Assembly (NCBI GenBank): GCA_964575865.1
Contig: CAZNSZ010000004.1
Location: 21,178 to 85,177, forward strand
DNA length: 64,000 nucleotides
From: an uncultured Bacteroides sp.
GTDB taxonomy: Bacteria > Bacteroidota > Bacteroidia > Bacteroidales > GCA-2748055
Direction: 5' to 3'
Numbering within the stretch: the stretch's first letter is position 1; each line of letters starts with the position of its first letter. This document shows positions 27,225 through 36,953 of this stretch, in pieces. Below the pieces are notes generated by a model that ran no database searches, was not told the DNA's origin, and saw only the letters and a program-made list of their open reading frames with translations. The position numbers and the translations under genes are program-made.

Positions 27225-28121
27225 CTAGTACTCCCACAGATCGTGTTCCATGATGAACAGGTCCTTCTTGATCCGTTCGGCTTCCAGCAGCACATCCTGG
27301 CCCAGTTTGTAATCGGTCAGCAGCCGGTTCCCGTAGACATTGGATTCGGCGATGATGGTGCTCGAAAAGCGGCGCTGGATGAACAGGTCGTCAAAGGAGA
27401 TGGACTGTGCATCGTTGTTGGGGTTGTAAACCGAATGGGTGGCGAACAACCGGCGGCACTGCGGGAAAGAGACCACAAAGGGGATCTGCAGGCGGGGAGC
27501 CGGCAGCATTTCGTTGAACTCGTCATAATACTGGTAGTAGACCGGGGCAAGGGCCACGATCCTCACCTTCATGACCGAGTGCTGCTTGTCAAAAAACCAC
27601 TGCTCCTGCAACTGGAACTGCATAATGTAGTTGCTGCGGGGCTTCACCTCCATCAGGTTGCCGTTGTCGTCCGGGATGGAATCGGCATCGGTCATGGAGT
27701 AGATGTGCTCCAGGGTGGTGGTTTTTGAGAATGGATCCTTCCAGCCCGTGAGGGTGAATTCGTAGGGAGTGATCTCCTCGCTCTTGATCCCTTCCATCAG
27801 CAGCCCGAACAGACTGAACCTTTCGCCGTCGCTCATGGATCCGTCCAGCGGGTAACGGAGGCTCATGTTCTGCCGGTGCCGGAGGTCGATGGTACGCCAG
27901 ACATCCTTGGCCCACATCACATCCGCCTCGCGGATATAGCTGTAAGGGACCGGCTTTTTCTCCGAGATGATGGTCTCCCGCTTGTACACGTCCGTGGACG
28001 GCGTATAGGTGGAGATCACCGGGCTTCCCGGGGATATGGAGGTATTGACGTTCTGCGCAGGCAGGCTCACCAGTCCGATCGCCATCAACGCTATTCCTGA
28101 TACATACCTTTTCACCTTCAT
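27225..28121 (-). CDS. gldN: T9SS/gliding periplasmic ring protein GldN (PorN)
   Basis: 298 aa with a signal peptide. Sits directly after gldM (1-nt gap). Family-typical blocks (VWRTIDLR..., QEQWFFDKQHS). Confidence 0.85.
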   Translation of the reverse strand: MKVKRYVSGIALMAIGLVSLPAQNVNTSISPGSPVISTYTPSTDVYKRETIISEKKPVPYSYIREADVMWAKDVWRTIDLRHRQNMSLRYPLDGSMSDGERFSLFGLLMEGIKSEEITPYEFTLTGWKDPFSKTTTLEHIYSMTDADSIPDDNGNLMEVKPRSNYIMQFQLQEQWFFDKQHSVMKVRIVALAPVYYQYYDEFNEMLPAPRLQIPFVVSFPQCRRLFATHSVYNPNNDAQSISFDDLFIQRRFSSTIIAESNVYGNRLLTDYKLGQDVLLEAERIKKDLFIMEHDLWEY

Positions 28122-28122
28122 C

Positions 28123-29703
28123 TTAAATTACAGTTATGGTAATGTTGTTTAAGTTCCTGATCACTCCATCGGGTCCGGTGGCCCTGATCCGCTCGATCAT
28201 GATCCGCTGGCCCGGTCTCAGTTGCCTGAAAATATTTTTCTGCTCGGAAGTAAACCGGTCGCTGTCCGACTCACTGTAACTCCAGATGTTTCCCGATCCC
28301 TGGAAAGCCACCCGGAAAGAGATCACCTCGTAATCCACTTCAAACACGAAGTCTTCGGCAACCGCTTCCACCACCTGCAGTCCTGCAAGTCCCCCGGCCG
28401 TCAGGTTACCTTCGGAGCCCCTGACCCCGGCCACCCGTGCATCGGGGGTGGGCAGGTTGAACACCCTGAAGGGAACCCGGTTCATGAGCCGCCGTGTGCC
28501 GTCCACATCGGCATAGACACTCACCACGGCTTCATCGCCCTGGGCCCCGGGTTTGACCACATAATCTCCTGCACGGAGCTTCTGAATGCTGTGCCCCGAG
28601 GAGATCACCGCCTGAACACTGGATTCGGGTACCCCGCCGGCCGAAATGGCCACCGGATTGGGGATCCCCCGGTAGAAAACATTCATCCCGGTGGCCGAAA
28701 TGGTGGCATTGGGCTCCTGTACCTGGTACTCGGCCTCGAACGGACGGCTGATCACATTTCCTTCGTGTTCCAGCTGGATGACCCCGCCCCACCTTCGGAC
28801 GCCGATGGAGTTGGGAACACTGGTATAGATCCCTTTGCCATCGGCCACATCGAGGGTGGTCCCGTCGCTCAGCTGTACCTCGGGCATTTTGGTGGAGTCG
28901 TATGCGGCCAGGAACACCTCGGCACGGTACTCCTGTCCCCTGAAAATGTAGTTGGAGTTGGGGATCACCACCGCCCTGATGGCGTTGAACGGAATGGAGC
29001 CTGCATCCACCTGACCAAGCAGGAAGTTGAGCATCTCGGCCTCGGCATTCCGCACATCGCCCTGCATTTTGGAGAGAATGGTAATCACGGAAGCAAGAGG
29101 GAGCATTTCAAAATAGGTATTCTCCCAGGTGTGGGCAATTTTCTTGTTCCCGTGATCGAGGTCAACCTCCGGCACTTCGGTACTGAGGATCCCTTCCAGC
29201 GCCTCTACGGTATTGGCATACTTTTCCTTGTCTTCAATCATGGAGAGAAGGAAATCACGGTGCTCGTTGATTTTTGCCTTGAGTTCTTCCCCTCTTTTGC
29301 GGACGATCATGACCTCGGCCGGGATGTCCATGTTATCCTTGGCGTTCACCTCATTCCAGATGACCTCCCCTTCTCCCACTGCATCCTCTTCCTTCTCCAT
29401 CAGGATCTCCACCTTGCATTCGTGGATGAAATCATAGAGCGCATTGGACCGTGCATGGACCTCATCGGCCTTGTCTTTCCAGTCCCCTACCTTTTCGGGG
29501 TTCTGCTGATAGGCAATATTGAACCTGTCGTACAATCCTGCATTCTTCTCCGCAAAATTTTCAGTGGTGGTGACCAGACCGTCGTCAACCAGGATAAACG
29601 CATTGAGCACCTCTTTCGATACATTCAGTGCCAGCATGGCTGTCAGCACCAAATACATCATACCGATCATCTTTTGTCTCGGTGTTTCTTTACCGTGTGC
29701 CAT
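28123..29703 (-). CDS. gldM: T9SS/gliding motor-associated protein GldM (PorM)
   Basis: 526 aa. Hallmark N-terminus PRQKMIGMMYLVLTAMLALNVSKEVLNAF (single TM) followed by a long periplasmic region. Confidence 0.93.
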   Translation of the reverse strand: MAHGKETPRQKMIGMMYLVLTAMLALNVSKEVLNAFILVDDGLVTTTENFAEKNAGLYDRFNIAYQQNPEKVGDWKDKADEVHARSNALYDFIHECKVEILMEKEEDAVGEGEVIWNEVNAKDNMDIPAEVMIVRKRGEELKAKINEHRDFLLSMIEDKEKYANTVEALEGILSTEVPEVDLDHGNKKIAHTWENTYFEMLPLASVITILSKMQGDVRNAEAEMLNFLLGQVDAGSIPFNAIRAVVIPNSNYIFRGQEYRAEVFLAAYDSTKMPEVQLSDGTTLDVADGKGIYTSVPNSIGVRRWGGVIQLEHEGNVISRPFEAEYQVQEPNATISATGMNVFYRGIPNPVAISAGGVPESSVQAVISSGHSIQKLRAGDYVVKPGAQGDEAVVSVYADVDGTRRLMNRVPFRVFNLPTPDARVAGVRGSEGNLTAGGLAGLQVVEAVAEDFVFEVDYEVISFRVAFQGSGNIWSYSESDSDRFTSEQKNIFRQLRPGQRIMIERIRATGPDGVIRNLNNITITVI

Positions 29704-29745
29704 CTATACCGATTAAAGATTTGTGATTTGTTTGGATGTGCTGAT

Positions 29746-30708
29746 CTATTTCTTCCTGATACTCATCGCTGAAAGCATGTTCCCGTAAACATTGTTCAAC
29801 TCGGACAGGCTTTCGCTCAGCTTGACGATCTCATTCTTGTATTTCTCGGTCTCGACCACCGATGCCTGCAGGTTGGAGACCATCTCGTGGAGCCCTTTGT
29901 AGACACCGGAGGTGTCGGCCAGGTGCTCTTTGCTCCCTTTCACCTGCTCGGTATAAGAGGCGTTCAGTGCTTCAAGGTTTCTGGTCAGTGTTTCCAGCTG
30001 CTGGTTGAACTGCTTCTGGCTCTGAGAAATATTGGAGTGCTCCTGCTTCACCTCACCCGACATGGCCTCGTATGTGGCGGCCAGGTTGGCGCTGGAAGAG
30101 GCGAACCTTTCGGCGATGTCCTTCCCTTTCTGGTCGATCAGGGCGGCTGTCTGCTTGTAGGAGTTGGCCAGCTCGCTGACCGAATCGTTCAGCACCCCGG
30201 TATTGGAACCATAGGCTGTTGCCACCGTATCCATGTTCCTGGCAGCGGAGCCCATTTTTTCGAAATACTCCTTGGTGGCCAGAGAAGCCGTGGTGATATC
30301 ACCGATGGTTTCCGTGGTCGAGGAGATGGTATTCAGGTGTTTACCCAGACTGCGGATGTCCTCTGCATTGATCTGGGACTGCTGGAAAAGTTCGTCGAAC
30401 TTCTGGAGACCCACGTTGCGGTCGGCGATGGCCTGCTCCCTGAATTCGTCGATTTCATCGGGATCGGACATTCCGGCCAGTTCGGGATACACCAGCGTCC
30501 AGTCGAGCTCCTCATGCAGTGGTTCAAATGCGGAGAAGAAGAAAATAATGGCTTCTATAAGCAACCCGGCGGTCAGGGCAACACCCGCTCCGGGCCAGTG
30601 CTGGATCTTAAACAGTGCTCCAATGATCACGATGGATGCCCCAAAACCGTACAATTTGGCCGTGAAGCTTTTCCAGCCCGAGCTTTGAACTAATTCAGTA
30701 ATTCCCAT
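29746..30708 (-). CDS. gldL: T9SS/gliding motor protein GldL (PorL)
   Basis: 320 aa. Two N-terminal TM helices with the conserved block YGFGASIVIIGALFKIQHWPGAG...EAIIFFFSAFEP, then a long coiled-coil-like cytoplasmic tail. Confidence 0.93.
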   Translation of the reverse strand: MGITELVQSSGWKSFTAKLYGFGASIVIIGALFKIQHWPGAGVALTAGLLIEAIIFFFSAFEPLHEELDWTLVYPELAGMSDPDEIDEFREQAIADRNVGLQKFDELFQQSQINAEDIRSLGKHLNTISSTTETIGDITTASLATKEYFEKMGSAARNMDTVATAYGSNTGVLNDSVSELANSYKQTAALIDQKGKDIAERFASSSANLAATYEAMSGEVKQEHSNISQSQKQFNQQLETLTRNLEALNASYTEQVKGSKEHLADTSGVYKGLHEMVSNLQASVVETEKYKNEIVKLSESLSELNNVYGNMLSAMSIRKK

Positions 30709-30739
30709 TCTGTCAAATGTTTAATTATAGATCTTTTGC

Positions 30740-32125
30740 TTATTGATCCCCGAGGTATGACCGCACACACCGGAAACCGATGTAAGATTTGGCCGTGTCC
30801 TGGTATTCGTAATCCCGCGAACTGACCTGCAGGTAGTGCGCCACGTCTTTCCAGGATCCGCCCCGGATCACCTTCCGCTTCATGACCGGCGGGTCATCGG
30901 GTTTGGCATTGTAGTTATAATAGGGATTCATGTCGTGAGAGAAGACATAGGCGGACGGATCATAGGCGGTGATGGTCCATTCGGCCACGTTCCCCGCCAT
31001 GTCATACAAACCGTACTCATTGGGAACGCCGTAATACCCCACCCTGGCCGGATACATGGATCCGTCGTCGGTATAGTTTCCGCGCAGGGGTTTGAAGTTG
31101 GCGATAAAACAGCCCAGTTTATTGCGCAGGTAAACTCCTCCCCACGGATACATGCTGTGATCCAGTCCTCCCCTGGCCGCATATTCCCATTCGGCCTCGA
31201 TGGGGAGCCTGTAGTTCTGCACCGTCGGCTGGCCGCTCCGGCCCAGTGCCTGGTTCAGGTAATTGGTCCTCCAGATACAGAAGGCATTGGCCTGTTTCCA
31301 GGTGATCCCCACCACGGGATAATTGTCGTAGGAGGGGGAGCGGAAATACATATTGGCCATGGGCTCGTTGTAGGAGTAAGTGAAGTCGGCGATCCACACC
31401 AGGGTATCCGGGTAGACCAGAACCCAGTCCTTGTTCACGAAGGAGGCCCTGCTGGTCACCTCTTCCTGTTCGCCGTTGGGCCGGGTCACTGTCCCACCGT
31501 ACTGGACCACGGGATCGACACTGCCGCCCGAGTAATCGAGCCTGAACCGGTTGGCTGCCTTGGAAGCCTGGACCAGGTCAACCCAGTAATAATTATATAT
31601 GAGCTTGGTTACATTGAGCTCCCTGGATATGTTGGAAAGGCGGTCCGCGCCTGTATAATAGATACCCAGGTCCTCGATGATCTGAGAGATGTTCCCTTCC
31701 CTGTCCTTGGAAGGATCCAGGGAAGCATCCCAGTCGATGATCGGTTCCCCGTCCCTGTCCTCATAGGGCTGTCCCTCGTCATCCATCAGCATGAAATCCT
31801 CGATTCCCTGTATGGCGAGTTCCTTGCGGATGATCGAATCCCTCACCCAGTATACAAATTGACGGTATTCGTTGTTGGTGATCTCCGTTTCATCCATCCA
31901 GAAGGCATCGACGGCCACCGTTCTGTTCATCGTGTTCTGTGTCCAGGTGACATCCTGGTCACTGGGCCCCATCAGAAAAGAGCCGGTGGGAATGGGGACC
32001 ATTCCAAACGGGTCGGGCTCGGCATATGCTTTCCTGCCCTGAACCCCCACAAGCTCTCCGGAGTTGTAGTTGCTACAACTCCCCACGATTGCCCCGATCA
32101 ACAATAATACAACTATTCGTTTCAT
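30740..32125 (-). CDS. gldK: T9SS/gliding lipoprotein GldK (PorK), FGE/sulfatase-modifying-factor fold
   Basis: 461 aa. Lipobox IVGSCS, the block GMVPIPTGSFLMG and the C-terminal RGGSW motif. Confidence 0.93.
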   Translation of the reverse strand: MKRIVVLLLIGAIVGSCSNYNSGELVGVQGRKAYAEPDPFGMVPIPTGSFLMGPSDQDVTWTQNTMNRTVAVDAFWMDETEITNNEYRQFVYWVRDSIIRKELAIQGIEDFMLMDDEGQPYEDRDGEPIIDWDASLDPSKDREGNISQIIEDLGIYYTGADRLSNISRELNVTKLIYNYYWVDLVQASKAANRFRLDYSGGSVDPVVQYGGTVTRPNGEQEEVTSRASFVNKDWVLVYPDTLVWIADFTYSYNEPMANMYFRSPSYDNYPVVGITWKQANAFCIWRTNYLNQALGRSGQPTVQNYRLPIEAEWEYAARGGLDHSMYPWGGVYLRNKLGCFIANFKPLRGNYTDDGSMYPARVGYYGVPNEYGLYDMAGNVAEWTITAYDPSAYVFSHDMNPYYNYNAKPDDPPVMKRKVIRGGSWKDVAHYLQVSSRDYEYQDTAKSYIGFRCVRSYLGDQ

Positions 32126-32224
32126 AGTTAGGTGCTTAATAAGATCTTATATCCAACGCGTTTCAAACCTGTTTAATTGCCTTATACTGAATTTTAGGCC
32201 TCCGGGTTATATAAAAATTGAATT

Positions 32225-33163
32225 TTATAAAAATCGGATGCTTTTGTACTGCTGGGGACTGCGGTCCATACTGAGATCAAAGCAGTATCTGACAGTGATT
32301 TCATGGGAGCCGCTGTTGTACTTGAGCAGAGGCGATAACTCAAAATCATACGAGTATCCGATTTGAATTCCATTCAATAATTCAATGCCGATCAACGCCG
32401 AAATGGCACCCCCGACTGAATAAGAAACTCCTCCCCAGAATCTTTTATTGTATCGGAGGTTGGTATTCAGGTAAAGGTGATTGGACCGGGCATCGGTCTG
32501 AACCATCAGGGAAGGCAGGATTTCGAAGACCGGATTGGCCAGCTGAATGTTATATCCGGCCATGAGGTAATAGTGCCGGATCAGTTTGGTTTCAGCGATC
32601 TCTTCCGGATAATCGAAGGAGGTCTGGTTCAGGTGTGTGGTTGAGACCCCCACATACAGGTTATCGGAGCTGTAATAAACACCGAGGCCCATATCGAATC
32701 CGAAAACACTTCCTCCGGACTGCGGAATGGCGTTGTCCGAATCGGGATTGATGACATCGGCTCCGTTCCAGCTGGGGGTGAGGGACTGGTTGGCCATGCC
32801 TGCGTTGATCCCGATCCCCAGGTCCCCCGCACCCAGATCGATGCGGAAGGCATATGCGAGGCTGAACTGAAAATCGTTGTTGAAGGCCAGGTTGTCGTTC
32901 ATCAGGTTGATTCCGATCCCGTGTTTCCTGCCCAGAAAATTCAGCGGCATATGGGCGGAGAAGGTGGTGGTCACCGGTGCGTCCGGCAATCCGGTCCACT
33001 GGTTGCGGAATGCAGCTCCCAGGCAGATCCTGTCATTGCTGCCCACCGCGCCCGGATTATAGAACGGCGCCATAAACATATTCTGGGTGAATTTCGGATC
33101 CTGCTGTGCCAGCAGACCCAGGGAAATCATGCCGAAAAATGCGATGGCGAATGCTCTCTTCAT
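32225..33163 (-). CDS. porP: PorP/SprF-family T9SS outer-membrane protein (operon-leading PorP)
   Basis: 312 aa. Signal peptide followed by AQQDPKFTQNMFMAPFYNPGAVG and ending in ...IRFL. Its position directly upstream of gldK matches the porP-porK-L-M-N order of Porphyromonas. Confidence 0.85.
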   Translation of the reverse strand: MKRAFAIAFFGMISLGLLAQQDPKFTQNMFMAPFYNPGAVGSNDRICLGAAFRNQWTGLPDAPVTTTFSAHMPLNFLGRKHGIGINLMNDNLAFNNDFQFSLAYAFRIDLGAGDLGIGINAGMANQSLTPSWNGADVINPDSDNAIPQSGGSVFGFDMGLGVYYSSDNLYVGVSTTHLNQTSFDYPEEIAETKLIRHYYLMAGYNIQLANPVFEILPSLMVQTDARSNHLYLNTNLRYNKRFWGGVSYSVGGAISALIGIELLNGIQIGYSYDFELSPLLKYNSGSHEITVRYCFDLSMDRSPQQYKSIRFL

Positions 33164-33223
33164 GGACCGATGATTGCGCTGTATGGCTTTATTTCTCTTG
33201 CTTTTAAAGCTCTATAAAATAAG

Positions 33224-33250
33224 CAAAAATAGTTTGAGAACACAAATATA
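33224..33250 (-). promoter_or_regulatory. two candidate -7 boxes (TATTTTTG at 33231-33224, TATATTTG at 33250-33243) upstream of porP
   Basis: Both are exact TAnnTTTG matches in the AT-rich 176-nt spacer, 60 and 79 nt upstream of the porP ATG (33163). Confidence 0.35.
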
Positions 33251-33339
33251 ATTAACAGCAGGATGTTTAAAACCCGGTTCCGTTTCCCGTCCCTGTCAAC
33301 GCTGTAAAAAGCTTTCAGAATGTCCTTAGATAACGTGGA

Positions 33340-34515
33340 TTATTCCATTTCATTACCCAGCCGGTGCAGAAAACGCCACCACCGCTCAGGGATCTCCTTG
33401 CTGCATGCCTGCAGGTAATCCTCATGGGAGCACGAAACGGTAAAGGGATAACCCGTCACTTCGTTCTTCACGGGAATTTCCATCCACCACCGGTCCGACA
33501 GCGTGCTTTTGTGGAAAATGAGGTCGTGTCCGGCCGCATCCAGGTTGACAATGAATTTTTTCATGTGTTCGGGGGTGTCCACGGGATTCTCCCTGATGCG
33601 ATGGGAGTAGCCGTCCAGGAAATACCAGGCTGCCTGGGCGATCAGGTGGGCGGTCTGCCCCCTGGTATCCCTTGCGGGATGGTATTCAAAGAAACCCAGC
33701 ATGCGGACCTGCTCGCTGAGCCCTGCATACCTGCTGATCTGGCAGAGTTCCTCCCCCGCAAATCCATTGGGGGAGGGAATGGCGGCTGCCGGTGCATCCG
33801 CCTGGCGCACAGCTCCCATGTCGATCCCTACGATCCGTGAATCCCTGATCAGGGGTTCCGTGTTTTTCAGGTCATGCCTGGCATCCCCCAGCCGGATGCT
33901 CTCCAGGTACGATCTTTCCAGCCGGTCCATCTGGGGTGCGGTCACAAAATAGGCCTGGTGCCCCAGGTTGGTGTAGCTGAAGTGCTTCCCGGACCCGGGT
34001 TCCAGGATCTGGTTCAGGTAATTGCGGGAGTTCAGCACCTCTCCCGGTGCTGAGAAATCGAGCATGGCATCGACGGTCAGGATGTGGTGCAGCCCGGCCG
34101 TCTTCTCCAGGGCCAGCAGGGCACCCCTGGTCAGATCCTGCGATCCCCCCAGAAGGATGGCGGTGATATCCCGTTCGAACAGTTCCAGCAGCACATCCCG
34201 CAGTGCAAAATAGGTGTCATTGACCGTCGCCCCGTTCTTCAGGTTCCCCAGGTCATAGATTTTCAGGCTTTTATTGATTTTCCTGAGCTGGTACATTTTG
34301 CTTCTGACCGCATCCGGGGCCTCCCTGCTTCCCTTCAGGAATGCATTGGTATCGGAGGGGATCCCGATCAGGGCGATCTGGTGTTTGTCCAGCTCCCGGA
34401 TCGGCTGATCCGGCGTATGGACGGAGAGCTGGTGACTCAGCGATTCTTCGTTGTCCAGGTATTCGAATTCGGGCCTTTCCAGGCTCACGGGATCGAAATA
34501 ACCATTCAGGTCCAT
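33340..34515 (-). CDS. arginase/formimidoylglutamase-fold protein with substituted metal-ligand motifs and a C-terminal extension
   Basis: 391 aa. Ureohydrolase-like blocks are recognisable (ALIGIPSDTNAFLKGSREAPDAVR; LLGGSQDLT; TVDAMLDFS; IVGIDMGAV). The canonical GGDHS, DAHxD and DxDxxDP residues are partly replaced. Confidence 0.6.
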   Translation of the reverse strand: MDLNGYFDPVSLERPEFEYLDNEESLSHQLSVHTPDQPIRELDKHQIALIGIPSDTNAFLKGSREAPDAVRSKMYQLRKINKSLKIYDLGNLKNGATVNDTYFALRDVLLELFERDITAILLGGSQDLTRGALLALEKTAGLHHILTVDAMLDFSAPGEVLNSRNYLNQILEPGSGKHFSYTNLGHQAYFVTAPQMDRLERSYLESIRLGDARHDLKNTEPLIRDSRIVGIDMGAVRQADAPAAAIPSPNGFAGEELCQISRYAGLSEQVRMLGFFEYHPARDTRGQTAHLIAQAAWYFLDGYSHRIRENPVDTPEHMKKFIVNLDAAGHDLIFHKSTLSDRWWMEIPVKNEVTGYPFTVSCSHEDYLQACSKEIPERWWRFLHRLGNEME

Positions 34516-34534
34516 GAACAGGTGGCTTTAGGCA

Positions 34535-36841
34535 TTATTTTTTTGCCCGGGCATCAGCCCTGGCGATGATCTCTCGGCACTCCTCCAGCGTAAGAGCCTC
34601 AGGTTTGGTTCCTTTTGGGATCCTGTAATTCTTCTTCCCGAAGGAGATATAGGGTCCGTACCTTCCGTTGAGCACCTGCAGATCGGGTTCCTCATCGAAT
34701 TGCTTGATGTTGCGGTTCTGCTCCCGGGCCCTTTTCTCGCCGATGATCTCCATGGCCCTTTGCTCCCCGATGCTATGGGGATCATCGGTTTTCTCCAGGC
34801 TGTAGAATTTCCCCTTGTGCCTGATGTAGGGACCGTACCTGCCGACCCCTGCCACGATCTCCTCGCCCTCGAACTGTCCCACCTCCCGGGGAAGCCGGAA
34901 CAGCGAGAGTGCCTCTTCCAGGGTAATGGTCTCAATGCTCTGGCCTTTCAGCAGGCTGGCAAACCTGGGTTTCTCATCGTCGCCGGCCTCACCGATCTGT
35001 GCGATGGGGCCGAACCGGCCAATTTTCACGCTCACCGGCTTTCCGGATGCGGGATCGGTTCCCAGGACCCGCTCTCCCTTGGACCGCTCTGAGGTCTGGG
35101 TGGTCGAGTCCACCGTTGAATGGAAAGGACGGTAGAAGCGATCGATCATCTGGGGCCAGTTGAGCTGTCCCGTGGCGATCTCATCGAATTCTTTTTCCAC
35201 GGATGCTGTGAAATTGTAGTCCATGATCCCCCGGAAATACTGTTCCAGGAAATCGTTGACGATCATGCCGATATCGGTGGGGGAGAGTTTGGCTTTTTCG
35301 AATCCGTACTTTTCACTGACGGTATCCTGGGAGAGCTGCTCCCCTTTGAGGGTGAGCCGGGCCATTTCCCGGACCGCTCCCCTGCGGTCCTCTTTGACCA
35401 CATATTCCCGCTGCTGGATGGTGGAGATGGTGGGGGCATAGGTGGAAGGCCTTCCGATGCCCAGCTCTTCCATCTTCTTCACCAGGCTGGCTTCCGTGTA
35501 ACGCGGGGGTTGCAGGGTCGATTTTTCCATGGCCTCGATCCATTTCCGCCCCAGGGCATCCTTCACGCGTACCGGTGGAAGCAATCCTTTCGCTTCCTCC
35601 TCGGTCTCATCGTCGGTCGACTCGATATACACCTTCAGGAATCCGTCGAATTTCAGAACCTCACCGGTGGCTATAAACTGTTCGGGGGCCTTGGAGACCG
35701 AAATGTTGATGGTGGTTTTTTCAAGCCTGGCCGGGGCCATCTGCGATGCGAGGGTACGCTTCCAGATCAGTTCATAGAGGCGCTGCTCGGCCCTGTTCCC
35801 TTCAATGGCAGGCTGGTTCATGTAGGTGGGACGGATCGCCTCATGCGCTTCCTGGGCCCCTTTCGATTTGGTGGAGAAATTGCGTGATTTCAGGTATTCT
35901 TCCCCGTAGGTATCCCTGATCTGGCTGGCAGCCGCTCCAATGGCCAGTTTGGAGAGATTCACCGAATCGGTCCTCATGTAGGTGATCTTTCCGGACTCGT
36001 AGAGCCGCTGTGCCACCGACATGGTCTGGTTGACCGAGAATCCCAGTTTGCGGCTGGCTTCCTGCTGCAGGGTGGAGGTGGTGAAGGGAGGGGCGGGGGA
36101 TTTTGTCACAGGTTTTGTTTCCACCTTTTCCACCTGGAACCGGCTATCCTGGCATAGGGAGAGGAAGGCGCGGGCATCCTCCAGGGTATCGAACCTTCTG
36201 GATAATTCGGCCTTGAGCTCGGCCGGGCCATTGTTGCTTTCGGGCACGGTGAAAACCGCTGTCACCCGGAAATACTTCCGCGGGGTGAACTGCTGGATCT
36301 CCCTCTCCTTTTCCACGATCAGCTTCACGGCCACCGACTGCACCCTTCCGGCCGAAAGGGCGGGCTTCACTTTCTTCCAGAGCAGCGGGGAGAGTTCAAA
36401 TCCCACCAGGCGGTCCAGCACCCTTCTTGCCTGCTGGGCATTGACCAGGTTGGTATCGATAAAGCGTGGATGCTCCAGCGCATGGACGATGGCATCTTTG
36501 GTAATTTCATGAAATACGATCCTCCTGGTGTTCTCCTTCTGAAGCCCCAGCTCCTCGTAGAGGTGCCAGGCAATCGCTTCTCCTTCGCGGTCCTCATCAG
36601 TGGCCAGCCAGACTGTTCTGGATTTTCCGGCCAGCTCTTTCAACTCCCTGACCACCTTCTTTTTATCCGAGGGAACAATGTACTGCGGGGTATATCCGCC
36701 ATCGATATCGATCCCCAGGTTTTTCTTGGCCAGGTCACGGATATGGCCGAAGCTCGACTTGACCGTATAGTCCTTTCCAAGGAATCTTTCGATGGTTTTG
36801 GCCTTGGCGGGTGATTCAACAATTACCAGATTTTCTATCAT
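34535..36841 (-). CDS. topA: DNA topoisomerase I
   Basis: Start moved to the ATG at 36841 (MIENLVIVESPAKAKTIERFLG), giving 768 aa. Toprim domain, active-site region YMRTDS, and C-terminal GRYGPY/GRFGPI repeats. Confidence 0.96.
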   Translation of the reverse strand: MIENLVIVESPAKAKTIERFLGKDYTVKSSFGHIRDLAKKNLGIDIDGGYTPQYIVPSDKKKVVRELKELAGKSRTVWLATDEDREGEAIAWHLYEELGLQKENTRRIVFHEITKDAIVHALEHPRFIDTNLVNAQQARRVLDRLVGFELSPLLWKKVKPALSAGRVQSVAVKLIVEKEREIQQFTPRKYFRVTAVFTVPESNNGPAELKAELSRRFDTLEDARAFLSLCQDSRFQVEKVETKPVTKSPAPPFTTSTLQQEASRKLGFSVNQTMSVAQRLYESGKITYMRTDSVNLSKLAIGAAASQIRDTYGEEYLKSRNFSTKSKGAQEAHEAIRPTYMNQPAIEGNRAEQRLYELIWKRTLASQMAPARLEKTTINISVSKAPEQFIATGEVLKFDGFLKVYIESTDDETEEEAKGLLPPVRVKDALGRKWIEAMEKSTLQPPRYTEASLVKKMEELGIGRPSTYAPTISTIQQREYVVKEDRRGAVREMARLTLKGEQLSQDTVSEKYGFEKAKLSPTDIGMIVNDFLEQYFRGIMDYNFTASVEKEFDEIATGQLNWPQMIDRFYRPFHSTVDSTTQTSERSKGERVLGTDPASGKPVSVKIGRFGPIAQIGEAGDDEKPRFASLLKGQSIETITLEEALSLFRLPREVGQFEGEEIVAGVGRYGPYIRHKGKFYSLEKTDDPHSIGEQRAMEIIGEKRAREQNRNIKQFDEEPDLQVLNGRYGPYISFGKKNYRIPKGTKPEALTLEECREIIARADARAKK

Positions 36842-36953
36842 TTTTTTGTCCTTCCCTCGTTTACAAATAGACCACAAATTAAAGTAAATGAGCGTCCACG
36901 TTCAAAATTTTTGATCCAAATAATTACTATTTTTGACGCAAATTCGCCTGCCC

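Noticed and set aside
28222-29772. 516-aa plus-strand ORF antisense to gldM
   Set aside because: This is the same in-phase shadow-ORF effect (28123 and 28222 are both 3n+1). The composition is low-complexity G/H/P/R-rich. The gldM frame carries the hallmark N-terminal TM block.
30836-32107. 423-aa plus-strand ORF antisense to gldK, with similar cases at 26045-26953, 41398-42435, 48658-49722, 50998-52089, 52425-53678 and 57519-58562
   Set aside because: All lie opposite confidently identified genes. All have the same G/P/R/H/D-rich junk composition, and none has a recognisable motif. They are treated as by-products of codon bias.
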